64,000 nucleotides of DNA, taken from positions 622,001-686,000 of the forward strand of contig MU058009.1 of the NCBI GenBank assembly GCA_013265495.1. The letters run 5' to 3'. This DNA is from Vicugna vicugna. Lineage: Eukaryota. The notes beneath the pieces were generated by a model. The model did no database searches and had not been told where the DNA came from. It was given only the letters and a program-made list of their open reading frames with translations. Below are positions 1 through 12,871 of the stretch, in pieces (the first letter of the stretch is position 1; every line of letters begins with the position of its first letter). Both the position numbers and the translations under genes were made by a program.

Positions 1-719
1 CCCTAAGTAATCCCGGCAGACCTTGCTTCTCCATCATTAGCAGGAAAATAAAGACAGCTGAGGACATGTGCAAACACAGGGTGCTTTTCACGGACTGGCT
101 CGAGTTCTAAACAGCTTTTTCTCATACACTCTGAGTCACAAGCGGAGGTTCTAAGCGAGTTTAGTGGAGAGGTTTGGAAACAGGCGCGTAGGAGCTTAAG
201 GGTTCTCTTTTCATTTTGCTTCTGGTGAGATTGAGAGCTGCAAGATCCTCATGTGGGCGGTGCTGAGGACTATGGGGAATTGGGCTTTCGCAAGGAAAAG
301 CCCCGAGACGGGCGATTAAAGCCTTTTGGCACCTCGGTCTCCAAAGCCCAGTCACCTCTTGGTTCCCCAAAATCAGAGGCAGCTCAACCTAGATGTCCTG
401 CTCCCCTGCGTGTGTCCTGGAGAGGGGGGCTCTGAAGCCACCACCAGCCCCATGGTGGCTGCCGCCAGCCTTGCTCTCAGGAGGCAGGAAGCCTCAGGAG
501 CAACAGAGCACAGGCTTCAGCCACCATCTCCTGATCCTCTTGGCCCCAGACAATTAGTCAGAGGAGGAGCTGGGCCCATGTATGCCTCCAGCCCTGACGT
601 CTCCCGACTGAGCCTGCCAGTGCTGGGCCAGAGGAGGTTTGCGAATGAACGTGCAGCCAGCATACCTTTGTTCCCGCAGCATGTCAGCGTCCCCCACCTG
701 GAGACTGCTCCGTAATCCT

Positions 720-1060
720 CCTGGGCAAAAATAACAAGCCCCACACAGGCTTGCGTACATGGTCTAATTACACATAACAAAACATCTCCTCTCAGGAGAG
801 AAGGAGTGTTTGGTAGTAAATTAAGAGATGCAAAAACCACTGTGCGCCATGCTGATTAATCCAGTTCTCAAGCCATGGGGAAGGAGCCTTGAGAAATGGG
901 TTTGCAGTTTGATGATAATTATGTGCCCACTATGGGGGCTTTTCATCTGCACTGGCCTTTGTGTCGAGGGGAGGGAGCGTGGCTGGGATGGAGACCGCAG
1001 CGCCGATTCATTCTCTATCCTGTCGGCAGAACGGAAATTGCTCCCCCCAAAACACTAATA
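720..1060. promoter_or_regulatory. Candidate conserved non-coding element / enhancer
   Basis: Repeat-free block with homeodomain-type motifs (CTAATTA, TGATTAATCC, GATAATTA) and retained CpGs; conservation inferred, not tested. Confidence 0.35.
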
Positions 1061-1348
1061 CTTACGAAATGGGTAAAGCTCAAGGGAGCCCACCTGCGAG
1101 GGCCCTCAGTACCTCTCGCTGGGATTTCAGACGGGACAGCACCTGCGCAAATCGAAACCTTCATCCAGCTTGGCTTTTAAGAGCTGTGGATTTATTTGAC
1201 TTTCCCAACCCCTTTCGGCACCAAGCTCAGAGAGCCACTCTGGGCTCCAGTCTAGGGGGACTTTATTGATTAAAGGGAAGGCAGAACAAACACATTAGAA
1301 AGACAGAGAAAAACATGCTTCCAACTAATTCCAACTATAAAGAGAGAC

Positions 1349-1351
1349 TGT

Positions 1352-1382
<31 letters not shown>
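1349..1382. repeat. (TG)n microsatellite
   Basis: Directly visible TG run with one interruption. Confidence 0.95.
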
Positions 1383-1469
1383 GGCTGGGGGTGGGGCGCA
1401 CGCCCGTGCGCATGCCCGTGCACACGTGCAACTTCCTGCTTAATGCAAAGTGCCTAAGCTTTCAAACAT

Positions 1470-1665
1470 GATCTCTGAATTTTGCGATTTGTCACTTCCA
1501 AGTGGCCACCTGACCTCTCTGGGTGGGCCTTAGTTTTCTAATCTGCAGTATGGGATTACTAATTATTTCTACCCATCCTACTTTAGGGCTTACTGTGGAG
1601 GTGATATAGGAAAATGTGTGAAAATTCCTTGCAAATTGTAAAGTCTTATAAACAAATGTCATTTT
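1470..1665 (+). mobile_element. MIR/MIR3-type SINE fossil
   Basis: Core-like ccttagttttctaatctgcagtatgggat and 3' tail gtgtgaaaattccttgcaaattgtaaagtcttataaa. Confidence 0.65.
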
Positions 1666-3267
1666 CGCCTCATATTAGCAGTGCCTAATAAACATGCTAG
1701 TTGTTGGATCAATAGACAGATGCTAAAGGGTGAGAATAGAGTTGTTTGAAACATTTGAAGAACTCAAGGGAGATTTGCTATGAATCATGGGTTTTTAATA
1801 GAATTTTTAAATGGAAAGGAGTGTGGAGACTTGCTAGGAAGAGCAGAGGAATATTTCCTGATGGTACAAAGGAGAAAATCTGAGTAGGAACAGCATTTTC
1901 CCTTGGCTAGAATCTGAGTAGAAGCGGAAGGAAATTAGGTAAAGGACGAAGAAAAGGAGGAGGGTCACTGGAAGGCTGGGAGGTCACAGGTGAGGTGCTG
2001 GGGTGGAGCCTGCCCTTGAGCAAGCAGACGATTGTATGAGCATCTGTGCACAGAGGGCTGTCCGAGCAAACATGGTCATCGATGCAGGGACGGGCATCCT
2101 CGGAAGATGAGCATCCTTGCAAGGCCTCCAGTGTACTTGCAAGAGAAGTGCAGGTTTGCAGTTGGTGATCAAAATCAAGATAAACTGTATGCATGTCCAG
2201 TGCAGGTGCAGAATCCAGAATTCTAGTGCCCCACAATCTTCTGTGGTGGTGACAATTGAGGGGACTGGAAAGAGGGTAGGGTGGAGCTGGGCAGGATTGG
2301 TCATGAGCTAGAACTCCACCATATACTGATGAAGTACCGACTGGAGAGGCTTGTTACTGTCCAACATTCATGGATCTCAAGGAAGGGACCAGCCCAAGGA
2401 CCTCAGTCTAGAAGCAGTAAAATCCTCAGGGAATCAAAAACAGCCTGTAAACCTTCTAGAGGAATTGCATCTGCCACCCCCGCCCCCATCGTCGCCCCTG
2501 ACTCCTCCTTTCTCTTTTATCCTGTGCACATCTACAGAGTCGTAATCCCTAAAGAGGAGAAGGAAAAAAAACAAGAAAAAAAAAAAACCCATTTCCACTA
2601 CAATGGAGGGAACTTCTGTGAGAAAGAGTTGTGTTTTGAGTGTTTTAATACAAAGAAATTGACACCCATCTACTTCAGTATTCAAAAGCCCTCTCTCCGG
2701 AATAGAAATAACAATGCTCTCTTCTCTATACTTTCCTTGCATGCTGCCACGGACTGCTGTTGTGAAGCAAATCCTTCTGTTGCCATTCTTTATTTTTACC
2801 TCCCCCCCACTTTGTAAATCACTTTCTTTCTCTAAAAGATTAAAGTGTGGTGAAAGCTGCTAAGTGACTAAGAAACGGACCCCTCTGAGTCAACAGATCT
2901 GCACCCCCCACCCACCATGCATCTTTGAGTCATAGCTGCTAATGTTTCTTGACACAATCCAGTTTTTCTTTTGATTTTTTTCTCTCCTGGCAGCAGGGCT
3001 TAGGGAAAAATTTCAGAGTTTTGGTGGAATGGGAGGTTTAGCCTGGATGTATGAACCTCCCTTCCCATTGTGGGGAGTTTCCTGTCGAGGAGTGCGTGAA
3101 TAGAACATGACGTGTTCATTTCTCAGCACAACCTGGATATCCCTTTGCTCCACTGCCAAGTCATTTTTGGGAGTGATCAGTGTGCCCCCAAGAGTTCCAA
3201 GGAGCCACTTATATGTGGTGACCACCCACTCCGTGTGTGTGCACATCATGGTGCTGAGAAGACAGTG

Positions 3268-3370
3268 TTGATTTAAATCCAGAGCCTCCCCTTGCAAGCC
3301 GAGGTCTTTGGACAAGTCACTTTACATCTCTGAACTTCAATTTCTTATCTGTAAAATGGAGTGAAAATAC
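3268..3370 (+). mobile_element. MIR SINE fragment
   Basis: ttggacaagtcactttacatctctgaacttcaatttcttatctgtaaaatgg matches the MIR core. Confidence 0.85.
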
Positions 3371-3889
3371 AGAACCATTGGAAGATGTGGATCATTGGCA
3401 GATATAGAGATAACCTGTGTGTGCTCTGTGCTTGAGTCTTCAGGGGATGTGAGCTCACTTTCCTCCTCTTTCATTTAAAGCATTTGTCTCTCTCTCTCTC
3501 TTTCTCTCATTTTCTCTCTCTGCACAGACATCTATTATGTGGATGGAAATGTAAGAATCTGGCAACAGTGGTAGCTTCTAGAGAGGCTGCGCTCTGATAT
3601 AGGAGGATGATTTCACATTTCACTCTACAACTTTTTTGTATTATTTAACATTTTTGTCATTAGCATGCATTTCTTAAAAATATACTTGTCATTTGCATGT
3701 ATTTCTTAAAAATAAGCAAAATATGTATATTTAGAAACTCTGAGTTTCTAACCCTGTTTCAGTGTCTTCTCTTTCTTTTAGGTTTGGCAGCTTCACACAG
3801 AACATAAAAAGCCATCCGTTTCTGGTTCAACCTGACTAATGCTGACTGCCGGACTTGTTAGGGTAGAAGGCCTCTGAATTTAAGAAGCT

Positions 3890-6800
3890 CTGAGAAATGG
3901 GTGGACATTTTAATAAAGGGTTGGACAACTGGATAGCCATTTGGGAAAAGATAAAAATGAACTCATACATCACACTCTCTTCCAAACTATATTCTAAATG
4001 TATCAGAGATTTAAATGTTAAAAAAGAAGAAAGAAGAAACCATGTAAGTACTTGAAAAAACATGAGTGAATTTCTTTATAATCTGAGTATGGAGAAATCT
4101 CTTCTAATCATAATTCAAAATCCAGATTTAAGAAGAAAAAAAGATTGATAAATTTGACCATATTTTAAAAAAAACACAGAATTCTTGCATGGCAAAAAAA
4201 AAAAAATCACAAAGCCAAAAGACTACCAACAAACTTGGAGAAACTATATGCAACATAGCTCATAGATAAAGGGCTGACAGCTCCCTAATACTTAAAGAAC
4301 ATTCGAAAATCAAGAAAGTCCAAAACTGGAAAGAAACATGAGCAAAAGAAGGAGACATTTTAGAGAAAAATATATACAAATAGTCTTCAAACGTAAAAAA
4401 CTGCTCAAACTTACTCTTAATAAGAGAAATGTAAAACAAAACTCTGACACGATTTTTCACCTATTAGATTGGTAGAATTAAAAAGGTGGACAAAACACAC
4501 TTTGGACAGGGAAATAGGTACTCTTATCAATTGATGGTGGGCAAGTAGAATGGTATCTCCATGGAGAAGAATCCAGGATCCTGAACAAAGCTGGACACTT
4601 ACCTTTTGAGCAATTACTCTTGTTGGGATTTGCCCTGCGATGCCCTTCCACAAATACAAACCACCGCCATGAGGTTGTCTACTGTGACGTTATTTGTTGT
4701 AAAAAAAAAAAAATGAACTCAACTGAAATGCCTTCTGTATGTCTTGTAGAATATCCCATAGTCTAAACTCGAGTGTTTGAATAATCTACGGTGTATCCAC
4801 ACGGGTGAGTACACACGATGTAAGAAAGAATGAAGACGCTCTATGAACTGATGCACAGTGATTTCCAGGATATGTTGTTAAATACAAAACCTAAGGTGTG
4901 AAAGTGTACATATCGTATGTTACCTTCTGTATAGGAAAGAAACAAGACAATGTACTTATTTTCCTGTTTTTGCAAAAAGAAATGCAGGGAGCATGAACCA
5001 GAAACTAATGAAAATGGTTACCTGTCCTGGGGTCTGTGGGACGAGGGGAGTAGGGATGGTCAGAAAGGAGAGTGGGACTTCTCTGAATGTGCCTTTCCAT
5101 AGAGTTTTGACTTATAAATCATAGAAATGTTTTATATATATATATCTCTCTTAAAATGAGATTAAATCAGTCAGAATGAATACAAAGCAAATCTTAAACC
5201 TGAATATAAAATGAAACAAAGGAAGTCAACCACGTATCAAATTGGTAACATAAGCATGCGGAAAATAATGAATTCACAGACTCTCAAGTACAATGTTCCA
5301 ACTGTATATCCTGATGGATTATTTGAAAAAAAAAAAAAAGAACTGTAAGGACACTTTGAACTTACTTATCAGGCTTGTGGTCAGCAGTGATCTAGTAATT
5401 CTAACAATTCTGAATATATTGTAGGTCTGAGCGGATGAGTTAAATATATTGATGGTGAAAGGAGCCAGGGAGAAGGTTTGTAGAAATACGAGCAAGAATT
5501 CCGTGCTGTTGGATTTGAATGAGAGGAATCAGTCTGAACTCTGGTTTGTTCATAGAAAGGGCCTTACACACCGGGAGCAATTTGCTTACATAGCACCTAG
5601 AATGAAATATCAATCCCCACTGAAAAAAATGGAATCAGTTTCAAGGGGGGAAAAAAAAAGAAGGGACCAGGAGAAACGACTAATTTCAGGTCTGGAGCCT
5701 GGGATGTCTTGCACCAGAAACCAAAGAATAGCTCAGAGAGTGCTGGTCGCTTATAACAAGTTACATGAGCTGGCTTGAAGGGGCTCTCACTCGCCAAACT
5801 GGAGATAATTTGAGCATCAAAAAAAATAAGGACAGTAATAGATTATAACACAGTGAAAACAGTGAGTCAAAAGTGATGCAAACAATTAAGTTTGAAAAAA
5901 AATTGTGAAAAGTAGTGAAACTCACAACCACTTTGGAGTCTAGTTAATCACGCTGTGCCAGTGTCATTTCGCTGGCTTTGATAAGTGCTGTGTGGGATGT
6001 TATCGCTGGGGAAAGCTGCGCTTGGGTACACTGAGCCTCTCTGTAATAGTGTTTTTGCAACTTCTTGTGGGTCTATAATTATTTTGAGATAAAAAGTTAA
6101 CAAATAAGCATGTGTATGCCTAGGTGGTACCATGGTGTTCTTTACAGAAGAATGCTAGCCTATATATGGAGCAGAAATGATAGAATTCGAAAAAAAAATC
6201 ACCACTTGTAACCACCATGGCAATAACGGATTCGGACAAAGATCATCAATGGATGATAAACCCGTTGGATGAATTCCGTTGGAGAATGGGATATTCACGT
6301 GGTCTCACCCTGCGTGTTACTTGCCATCTACAAACAGTAGAGGAGATTTTGTGGCGGAGAGTTCTAGCAGACATCACCTTGCCCAAGTGGCAGGAACAAA
6401 GGGTCCTGCCTGATTGCCCCACTTGTGCTTGCTCCTGAGCCTTTGATGCCATGGGGGATCATTACCAAGACGGAAACAAAGTGACACTGTGAGCTTCCTG
6501 ATATGCTGGGTGAGACATCATCCAGAAATGTCTGATCTGAACTTGATAGTGAAGAAACAAACACCCGAATTTAGACTGTGGGATAATCTACAAGACATTA
6601 ACCTGTGCTCCAAAACTATTAGTCTAAAAAGATGATTAAAAAAAAAGTAGGGGGCTTCCCTAGATTAAAAAGACTGTCAAGACTAAAGAGAATGTCAGTT
6701 ACCTGGGGTAGATGATTCTTGATTGCTTCCTGGATCAGAACATTTCTAAGACAATTGGGAAAGTTTGTGTATGGGCAATATATTAGATGATGTTATTGTA

Positions 6801-7090
6801 TCAATGCTTTGGGAGGTAAATGTCTTAGGAGTGAAAAAAACATATTGTGCTTATGTAGGATAATGTGTAATTCTTAGGACATGCATGCTGGAGTATTTCA
6901 GGGGTCAAATTTCAAGACGTCTGTAACTAATTTTCAAATGACTTAGCAAAAACATTGAGAGCAATCTCAAGCAAATAGAGCAAAATGTTAGCAATTGGAG
7001 ATCCAAGTTCAAAGAAAGATATATACATTTCCATTCATATTCACTTTCCATCTTCAGTAGGCTTAAAAATTAAAAAAAAAAGCTTTGGGA
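3890..7090 (+). mobile_element. Ancient L1 (L1MC-type): degenerate ORF2 3' part plus long 3' UTR
   Basis: A-rich sense strand; ggacaactggatagccatttgggaaaa (ORF2 C-terminal region), then L1MC-like 3'UTR motifs gcttgaaggggctctcactcgccaaactggagataatttgagcatc and gatcatcaatggatg; ends in an A-tract near 7072-7081; no intact ORF. Confidence 0.85.
5930..6100 (+). mobile_element. Short L1M 3' terminus nested inside the larger L1
   Basis: Terminal motif gggtacactgagcctctctgtaatagtgtttttgcaacttcttgtgggtctataattattttgagataaaaagttaa interrupts the host 3'UTR. Confidence 0.65.
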
Positions 7091-7574
7091 AAAATACAGT
7101 TAGCCGACATGACTTCATCCATAAATTCTCCTTTTCCTGGACGTGCTTTGGAATTTCTCCCCTTTAATTCATCCCTTCCCCCAAATATCAGCATGACGTA
7201 GCAAGTTGCTTGGGGCCAAGGCTTCTGATAATGAGTCTGCCAAGACGGGGCCACCACCTCTGGGCTCTGCTGCCTCCCCAGCAGGGATGGTGAAAGCTGT
7301 TTAGCTCCTCACTGACCTGAGAGAGTGTCTGGGGAGGTACGGGGCCTCAGTGGCCTAAGGTTTGCTGAGCCTTCAGCCTCCGACAGTGGATACCTGTGAC
7401 TAAAAACTGGTGTCACATGGGGGATTTCTGCTCAGCACCAAAGTTGCCTCATCTTCCTTTCAAAATGGGATTGCAGATGGAGTAGGTTGTTTCCAGAAGG
7501 GCCTACACCAGTTGGTTTTGGATGGATCCACTAGTTACCGTGGAACATTCAAATCATGGGGCACCATCACCTAA

Positions 7575-7835
7575 CAGCCAACAAACCAACCAACAAAACT
7601 CACCGATGCGCCCCGGGCGGCTTGCACGGCGCTCTGCACTGAGGCTGCCAGGACGGGTAAGGCACAGCGCGTGCCGGCAGAGGGCTCACCGCGCACCTGG
7701 GGAGCGTGGACTTCAGATCACTACCTCACAACAGTCGGTGGTGCACACAAGGCTGCGATTTTCCTATGGTAGCCCTGAGGTGGGGCACCTAAATCAGGAG
7801 GGGGAGGCGTGAGAGAAAGCTTCTTGGAGGGGATT
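7575..7835 (-). mobile_element. L2 LINE fragment (GC-enriched)
   Basis: L2 3' architecture (gagggctcacc..., ggggcacctaaatcagg...gagaaagcttcttggagg), unusually CpG-rich. Confidence 0.55.
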
Positions 7836-8540
7836 GAATATTTCCTTCAGTTGTGAAACTATTTCCTTTTGTCCTCAAAGGAGAAAACAAATCAAGAATT
7901 AGAGGCTGTAGTAGGAAGGGGCTGAGAGTCGTTCTGAGAGCTTCATGTGACTCTTCCCGGTTCTCCCCATCTCTTCACCAGGGCTGCGGGGGCCACCTTA
8001 TCCCTCTGTGCCTGGGATGTGCCCAGCTCTACCACTGGGAGTCCTGAGTCCGAGCAGACCATTACTCCCTGACAAACTGGGACAGTTGGTCACCTTATGA
8101 TCCCCCTGCATCCCTGCCCCAGGATATTTAGTTATGAAAGATCATGTGGGAAGCAAATCAGATAACCAGCTCGCTCGGAGAAGTCTGAAACGAGTGCAAG
8201 GGAAGGAGAAAGAGCCAACCCTGTTGCTCCTTCTTGCACACAGAGCAGACACAGACAGCAGGCCCGGGGGCCAGAGGGACTGCTCCTTCTCAGCTCCTTC
8301 CTCTTGCTCCGTCTTCCTTCCTCCCGGACAATCCTCTCCTCTCCGTCAACATATCCAAATACCGCGCCTTCTCCAGGCCCAGCTGAAATCACGTTTTCTC
8401 TAGAAAACCTCCCGATCCATTGGCCTTCCCCTCCTGAGAAAGGTAATAGCACTTACTGCCTATGCGCGCATGTGGTACACATTCACTCTCATTTCAGAAT
8501 TAGAGCAAGCCTCAGAGCAGTCGTAGGGAATTTAAAGATA

Positions 8541-8975
8541 GATTCATTCATGTGCGATTCACTCATCTTTCATTTGTTCATGACTGGGTACCAAGCGCTG
8601 TGCTCGGCCCTGGGGATTCCGAGGTGAATCCGGTCTTGTCCTTAAGGAGCCCACAGTCGGCTAGGTGAGACGGCCAGGTACATCAGGGACTGTAACACGA
8701 CGTACCGTGCCACGACGGAGGCCGAGCACTGGCAAGCAGACGTCCCCGGTGTGTCCACTCAGCGGCGGACACTGTTCTACGCTAAAAGCATACAAAGCCT
8801 GCAAGAGGTTACAATCGATTCAGTGTCAGAGGCGGATCTACAAGTAAATTATTTTAATACCACATGGTGCTACAAAAATGCAAATGCAGGGTCTCTGAGG
8901 GCAGAGATGAGGAACGCTGAGCAAAGCTCGGGGTTGGATCAAGGAAGGCTTCCTGGAGGACCTGCCATGGGATGC
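8541..8975 (-). mobile_element. L2 LINE fragment
   Basis: gattcattca tail, gctgtgctcggccctggggattcc, tccttaaggagcccacagtc, tcaaggaaggcttcctggagga. Confidence 0.75.
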
Positions 8976-10284
8976 GATCCGTGGGATGTGACACATCGTG
9001 GGCGTTGAACGTGTGTCTGTGGATTGAGCTCAGGCAGACATTAGGCAGAAGCGGACTTGGTTGTGCAGGGGGGTCTTGTAACCAGGGTTTCCTGGGGTCT
9101 ATTTCTGTGACAAGGTCTAAGATAAAAGGGTAGACAAACAGTGCCTCCCTCAGCTGAGAAATGTTACTTAAACTTGGTGTGTGTACGCGTGTGTGTAAGA
9201 ATCACAAAATGGAATCACTGTAGGTAGGAAAGGCTGTTGTAGACCCCTCTTCGCAGTTATTTATGACCTGAGGAAAAGTAGGCGGTGCCAATAGGAAACA
9301 GCCTTCTCTTTCCGCCTTTGCGCTATTTCTTGATTCCAATTTCCACCTTCATTCTTTCAATAATGATTACAAAGTGAAGTCACACTAACGTGTGTGGATC
9401 TCCTATCTCCTCATCCCCTCTATTTCAACACATGTCCGCCCCACCAACGTGCACAGACACACAAACCCAGGTTTATTATGTGTTTGCTTTGTCATCTGTG
9501 CAAAACTCATCTGTGCTTCCACAATCAGATGACAAATTCTTGTCATTGAAGGGGATGTGGCCCCCTGCACGTGGGCCTTAATAAATATCCACCTTGATGT
9601 TGACCTCCAGGGTCACAGCCTCAATTGCCCAGATTTGAAGAGGAGGCACTAGACCTTGCAGGATTCAAATGAAGAGCTCCGCTCCATCTCAGACTCCCTG
9701 CCCCACTCCTTGGGCTGCTGGGAGGGGCGGGAAGATGAAGCACAGGGGGGAGTTTCCCTTCTGCGTTGGCATCTGTGCCGGAGGCTTCCCAAAGCCCTTC
9801 TCAATCTGTTCTTTCCCGTGAGCGCCTCCCGCCCGCACACCTGCCTGCTGGGCGCTGCAGCTGCCACGCCAGCATCCCGGAGCCCGGCCCTCCTTCCCAA
9901 GGGCCCTGGCCAAGCAGCCACGGGCCCCTGAGGCCGGGCTGGGGCGCAGAGAGAAGACTGGCTGTGGGTGCTCCAGCGGAATTTGGGTGGGGGGAGGGCA
10001 CCTGCTTTTGTTTGATCATCTTACCGTCTACTTTGAGAGTACAGATGTGTGAGGGTGCCACTGTAACATCCACATCTAAGGGGTTACTGTGGCTAGGACT
10101 CACGTGCCCCTAGATGACGTTTGGGACTTTGATGAAGAGCATGGTGCTGATCTAGGATCAGAAGAGGCCACGTACTCCCTTGGTGCAACCCCCCCTCATT
10201 TGGATGACTTTCCATTCACCCTTGGTCGTAAGCACCATCCACAACACAAGCAGACTATTAATAGTGATTCAAATAAGTTCACTT

Positions 10285-10449
10285 GTGTCTTTTTCTTAGA
10301 TTCCATTTACAAGTGATACCATATGGTATCTTCCTTTCTCTCTCTGGCTTACTTCACTTAGAATGACGATCTCCAGGTCCATCCATGTTGCTACAAATGG
10401 CATTAGTTTATTCTTTTTTATGGCTGAGTAGTACTCCGTTGTGTACACA
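10285..10449 (-). mobile_element. Younger L1 fragment, ORF2 C-terminus
   Basis: Minus-strand translation YTTEYYSAIKKNKLMPFVATWMDLEIVILSEVSQREKGRYHMVSLVNGI is the L1 ORF2p C-terminal motif. Confidence 0.92.
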
Positions 10450-10769
10450 AACCAAAGCCTGTGGTCTCTGGTCTCCCAGAGGATGTAGGACCCTGTGTTG
10501 GTACTGGACCACGCAGGAGCACTATTTGTATCACACACCCATCTCACGGACCCGAAGAGATTGCCAACTGGTTGGGAGTAGAGACCACACCTTATAACTG
10601 TTTAGAGTTCAATCTCATTACCTGTGAAACAGGGATGATCTTTGCATTTCTTTGCAGGTGTGTCAAGTGAAATCAAATTCATGTGAGCCCTCGGAATTTG
10701 GGAGAGAGTGTGGAACCGGGGTCCCAGTCACCCCAATGAGGCCGTGTAGTCCCCGCAGAGCACTCCTCT

Positions 10770-11100
10770 GTCTGGGGAATGCCCTATTAGAGCTCATTCA
10801 GTTCTGCAGATTTCTCCTCAGCTCGCGCCAGATAAACAGTCTCTCAAATTTCTTCTGCGCTATGAGGCATTGCAGATAACTCTGTATAATCAAATATGCC
10901 ATTCCACATCTCATTTGTAATTTCACCATTTAGCAATCTGCGCCATTTAAGCACATATAGAACCTCTAGAGAAATCCTTATTTTTTCCTAAAGCTTTTAT
11001 ATGTGAGATTTGTGCTGATTTGGTCTTTGCTGTGTCTAATAAGATTCTCACAAAGTTTTCTCACTATGAAAGCTTTTATAAAATTTAAGGAACCATGAAA
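10770..11100. promoter_or_regulatory. Candidate conserved non-coding element
   Basis: Repeat-free AT-rich block with AGATAA (GATA) motifs, TAATC/TAATT motifs and isolated retained CpGs. Confidence 0.35.
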
Positions 11101-11254
11101 ATAAGCCCTGGCCTAATATAAGTCAGACAGGCCAAGGAAGAGTCAGGCAGGAGGCTCAGATGAGGAGCCGTGTGATCTTTGTCTCTTATGTCTATTCCTT
11201 TTGTGTTGGGTTTGACTGCGTCTCTGGAGAACGCTGTGGCTGCTTCACAACTGC

Positions 11255-11460
11255 GCAGCACTTGACAATTCACAAGGCACCACTTCTGTATTGTATTTGA
11301 TCTGAGCTTCACAACCACTCAGGAAGTGCGGTGGGACAGTCTTAATTATCCCCATTTGATGGATGAGGAAACTGAGGCTTGCAGAGGTTAAGTGACTTGT
11401 CCAAATCCATGAAGCTAACTTAAATTATTAATTAACTGCAAGGCTAGGAGTTAAATACAG
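11255..11460 (-). mobile_element. MIR SINE
   Basis: attatccccatttgatggatgaggaaactgaggcttgcagaggttaagtgacttgtcc = reverse-complement MIR core. Confidence 0.9.
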
Positions 11461-11559
11461 ATTTTTTGATTAGGAGTGTGGAGCCTTCCTGCTAACCCCG
11501 TCTGCCTTCCCAGAGGGAGTCCTTTGCAGTTGCTGAGCTGAGGTTTCAGAGATGAGATT

Positions 11560-11960
11560 GTGACGTTTGGACTCTGTTCTTGACTCCCTCCACCATTCTC
11601 CATCCCCGTGGCTGTTCCCTAAGCCCTGATCACTGCTGTCTGTCCTAGATTGGGTCACTGCCGCAGAGTCCTGAGTTGGTTTCCTTACTTTTGGTCTTGA
11701 CCTACTTGGGTCCAATATCCACACTGCAGTCTGAATGACTTTCTTAAATGAAAACTGTATCACAGCGCTCCTCTGCTTGAAGTACATTGATCACTTCCAT
11801 GGCCTTCAGAAAAGCATCCAGACCCCCTAATGTGGCCTCCAAAGGTCTGCACAGATGGGCGCTGCTCACACCCCCACCCCACCTCTTATCACCCCACCCC
11901 CAGAGTCTGCGTGCCAGCGCCTTCCCATCACCAAACTCTCTTGTCTTGGAGCCTTTGTTG
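11560..11960 (+). mobile_element. L2 LINE fragment
   Basis: tccacactgcagtctgaatgactttcttaaatgaaaactgtatcac...ctcctctgcttgaa...gtggcctccaaaggtctgcac. Confidence 0.8.
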
Positions 11961-12189
11961 TCTTCATTTTATGACTCATTGTTACCTCCTCTCTACTTCA
12001 TCTTCTCTTTATAATGTTTAACAATTCTGAAGTTGTTTGTAACCAGCTCCTGCAAAAACAAACAAACAAAAAAAACAAAAAAAAACCAAAACTTGCTTAT
12101 AACCACTTACTGTTATCAGCAGTAGTAATCTCATGATTTAGAGGTTATAAAATGCTGATATTACTTCCAATAATTAGCATAGTCACTGA

Positions 12190-12310
12190 GGTGGGCAGAG
12201 ATCCGTTGTACAAAGGAAGACACTGAGGGTCGGAGATGCTGAGTAACTTGTCCACTTTGGCGTCACGGGTAAGAGACAGACCTAGCGCTTGGAGGCCAAG
12301 GCTTGGTATT
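12190..12310 (-). mobile_element. MIR SINE fragment
   Basis: tacaaaggaagacactgagggtcggagatgctgagtaacttgtcc. Confidence 0.6.
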
Positions 12311-12747
12311 CTAGTTCATGCAGAATTATGCAGCCTGCTCGCATCGTGTATCAGCTCCTGAAAAGCATTTTGGGGTCCGTGGTATAAGGATGCACTGTTG
12401 AGCTTCACTGAACCCCCTGGAAGCTCTGAGGTCAGGGGTCCATGAGTTTTTAAACAAATGCCCCAGACGATTCTGATGGCCCGCAGACTGAGAGCTGCTG
12501 GCTCCTGAGTGAGCCCAGGAATTAGCATTAACCGAGGATGCGATAATGGCTTCAGGTGGCTCCTGTCCTCCCCAGTGTCTTCTGTCTCAGCCCCTTCCCT
12601 TGCCAGGGCTTCGGTCCCACTAGGCCTGAGCAAGAGACTTCTGAAGTCCACCCCTCCCCACTCCACCAGTTCCCAAAGGCCCTGCCATGCCCTGGGGAGT
12701 CAACAGAGCATTCAGTCCAAGGCCTCATGGACAAATGATGGTCTAGG

Positions 12748-12826
12748 ACAAAGATCTGCAAACTACATCCTGTGGCCAAATCTGGCCACTGCCTATTTTT
12801 GTAAATAAAGCTTTATTGGAACACAT
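12748..12826 (+). mobile_element. MER58-like hAT-Charlie DNA transposon fragment
   Basis: gcaaactacatcctgtggccaaatctggccactgcctatttttgtaaataaagctttattggaacaca. Confidence 0.85.
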
Positions 12827-12828
12827 AG

Positions 12829-12871
12829 ACACACACACACACAGACACACACACACACACACACACACACA
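12829..12871. repeat. (CA)n microsatellite
   Basis: Directly visible AC run with one GA interruption. Confidence 0.95.

Noticed and set aside
2281..2817. 178-aa ORF
   Set aside because: Non-ATG start, crosses an A-tract, no recognisable protein similarity
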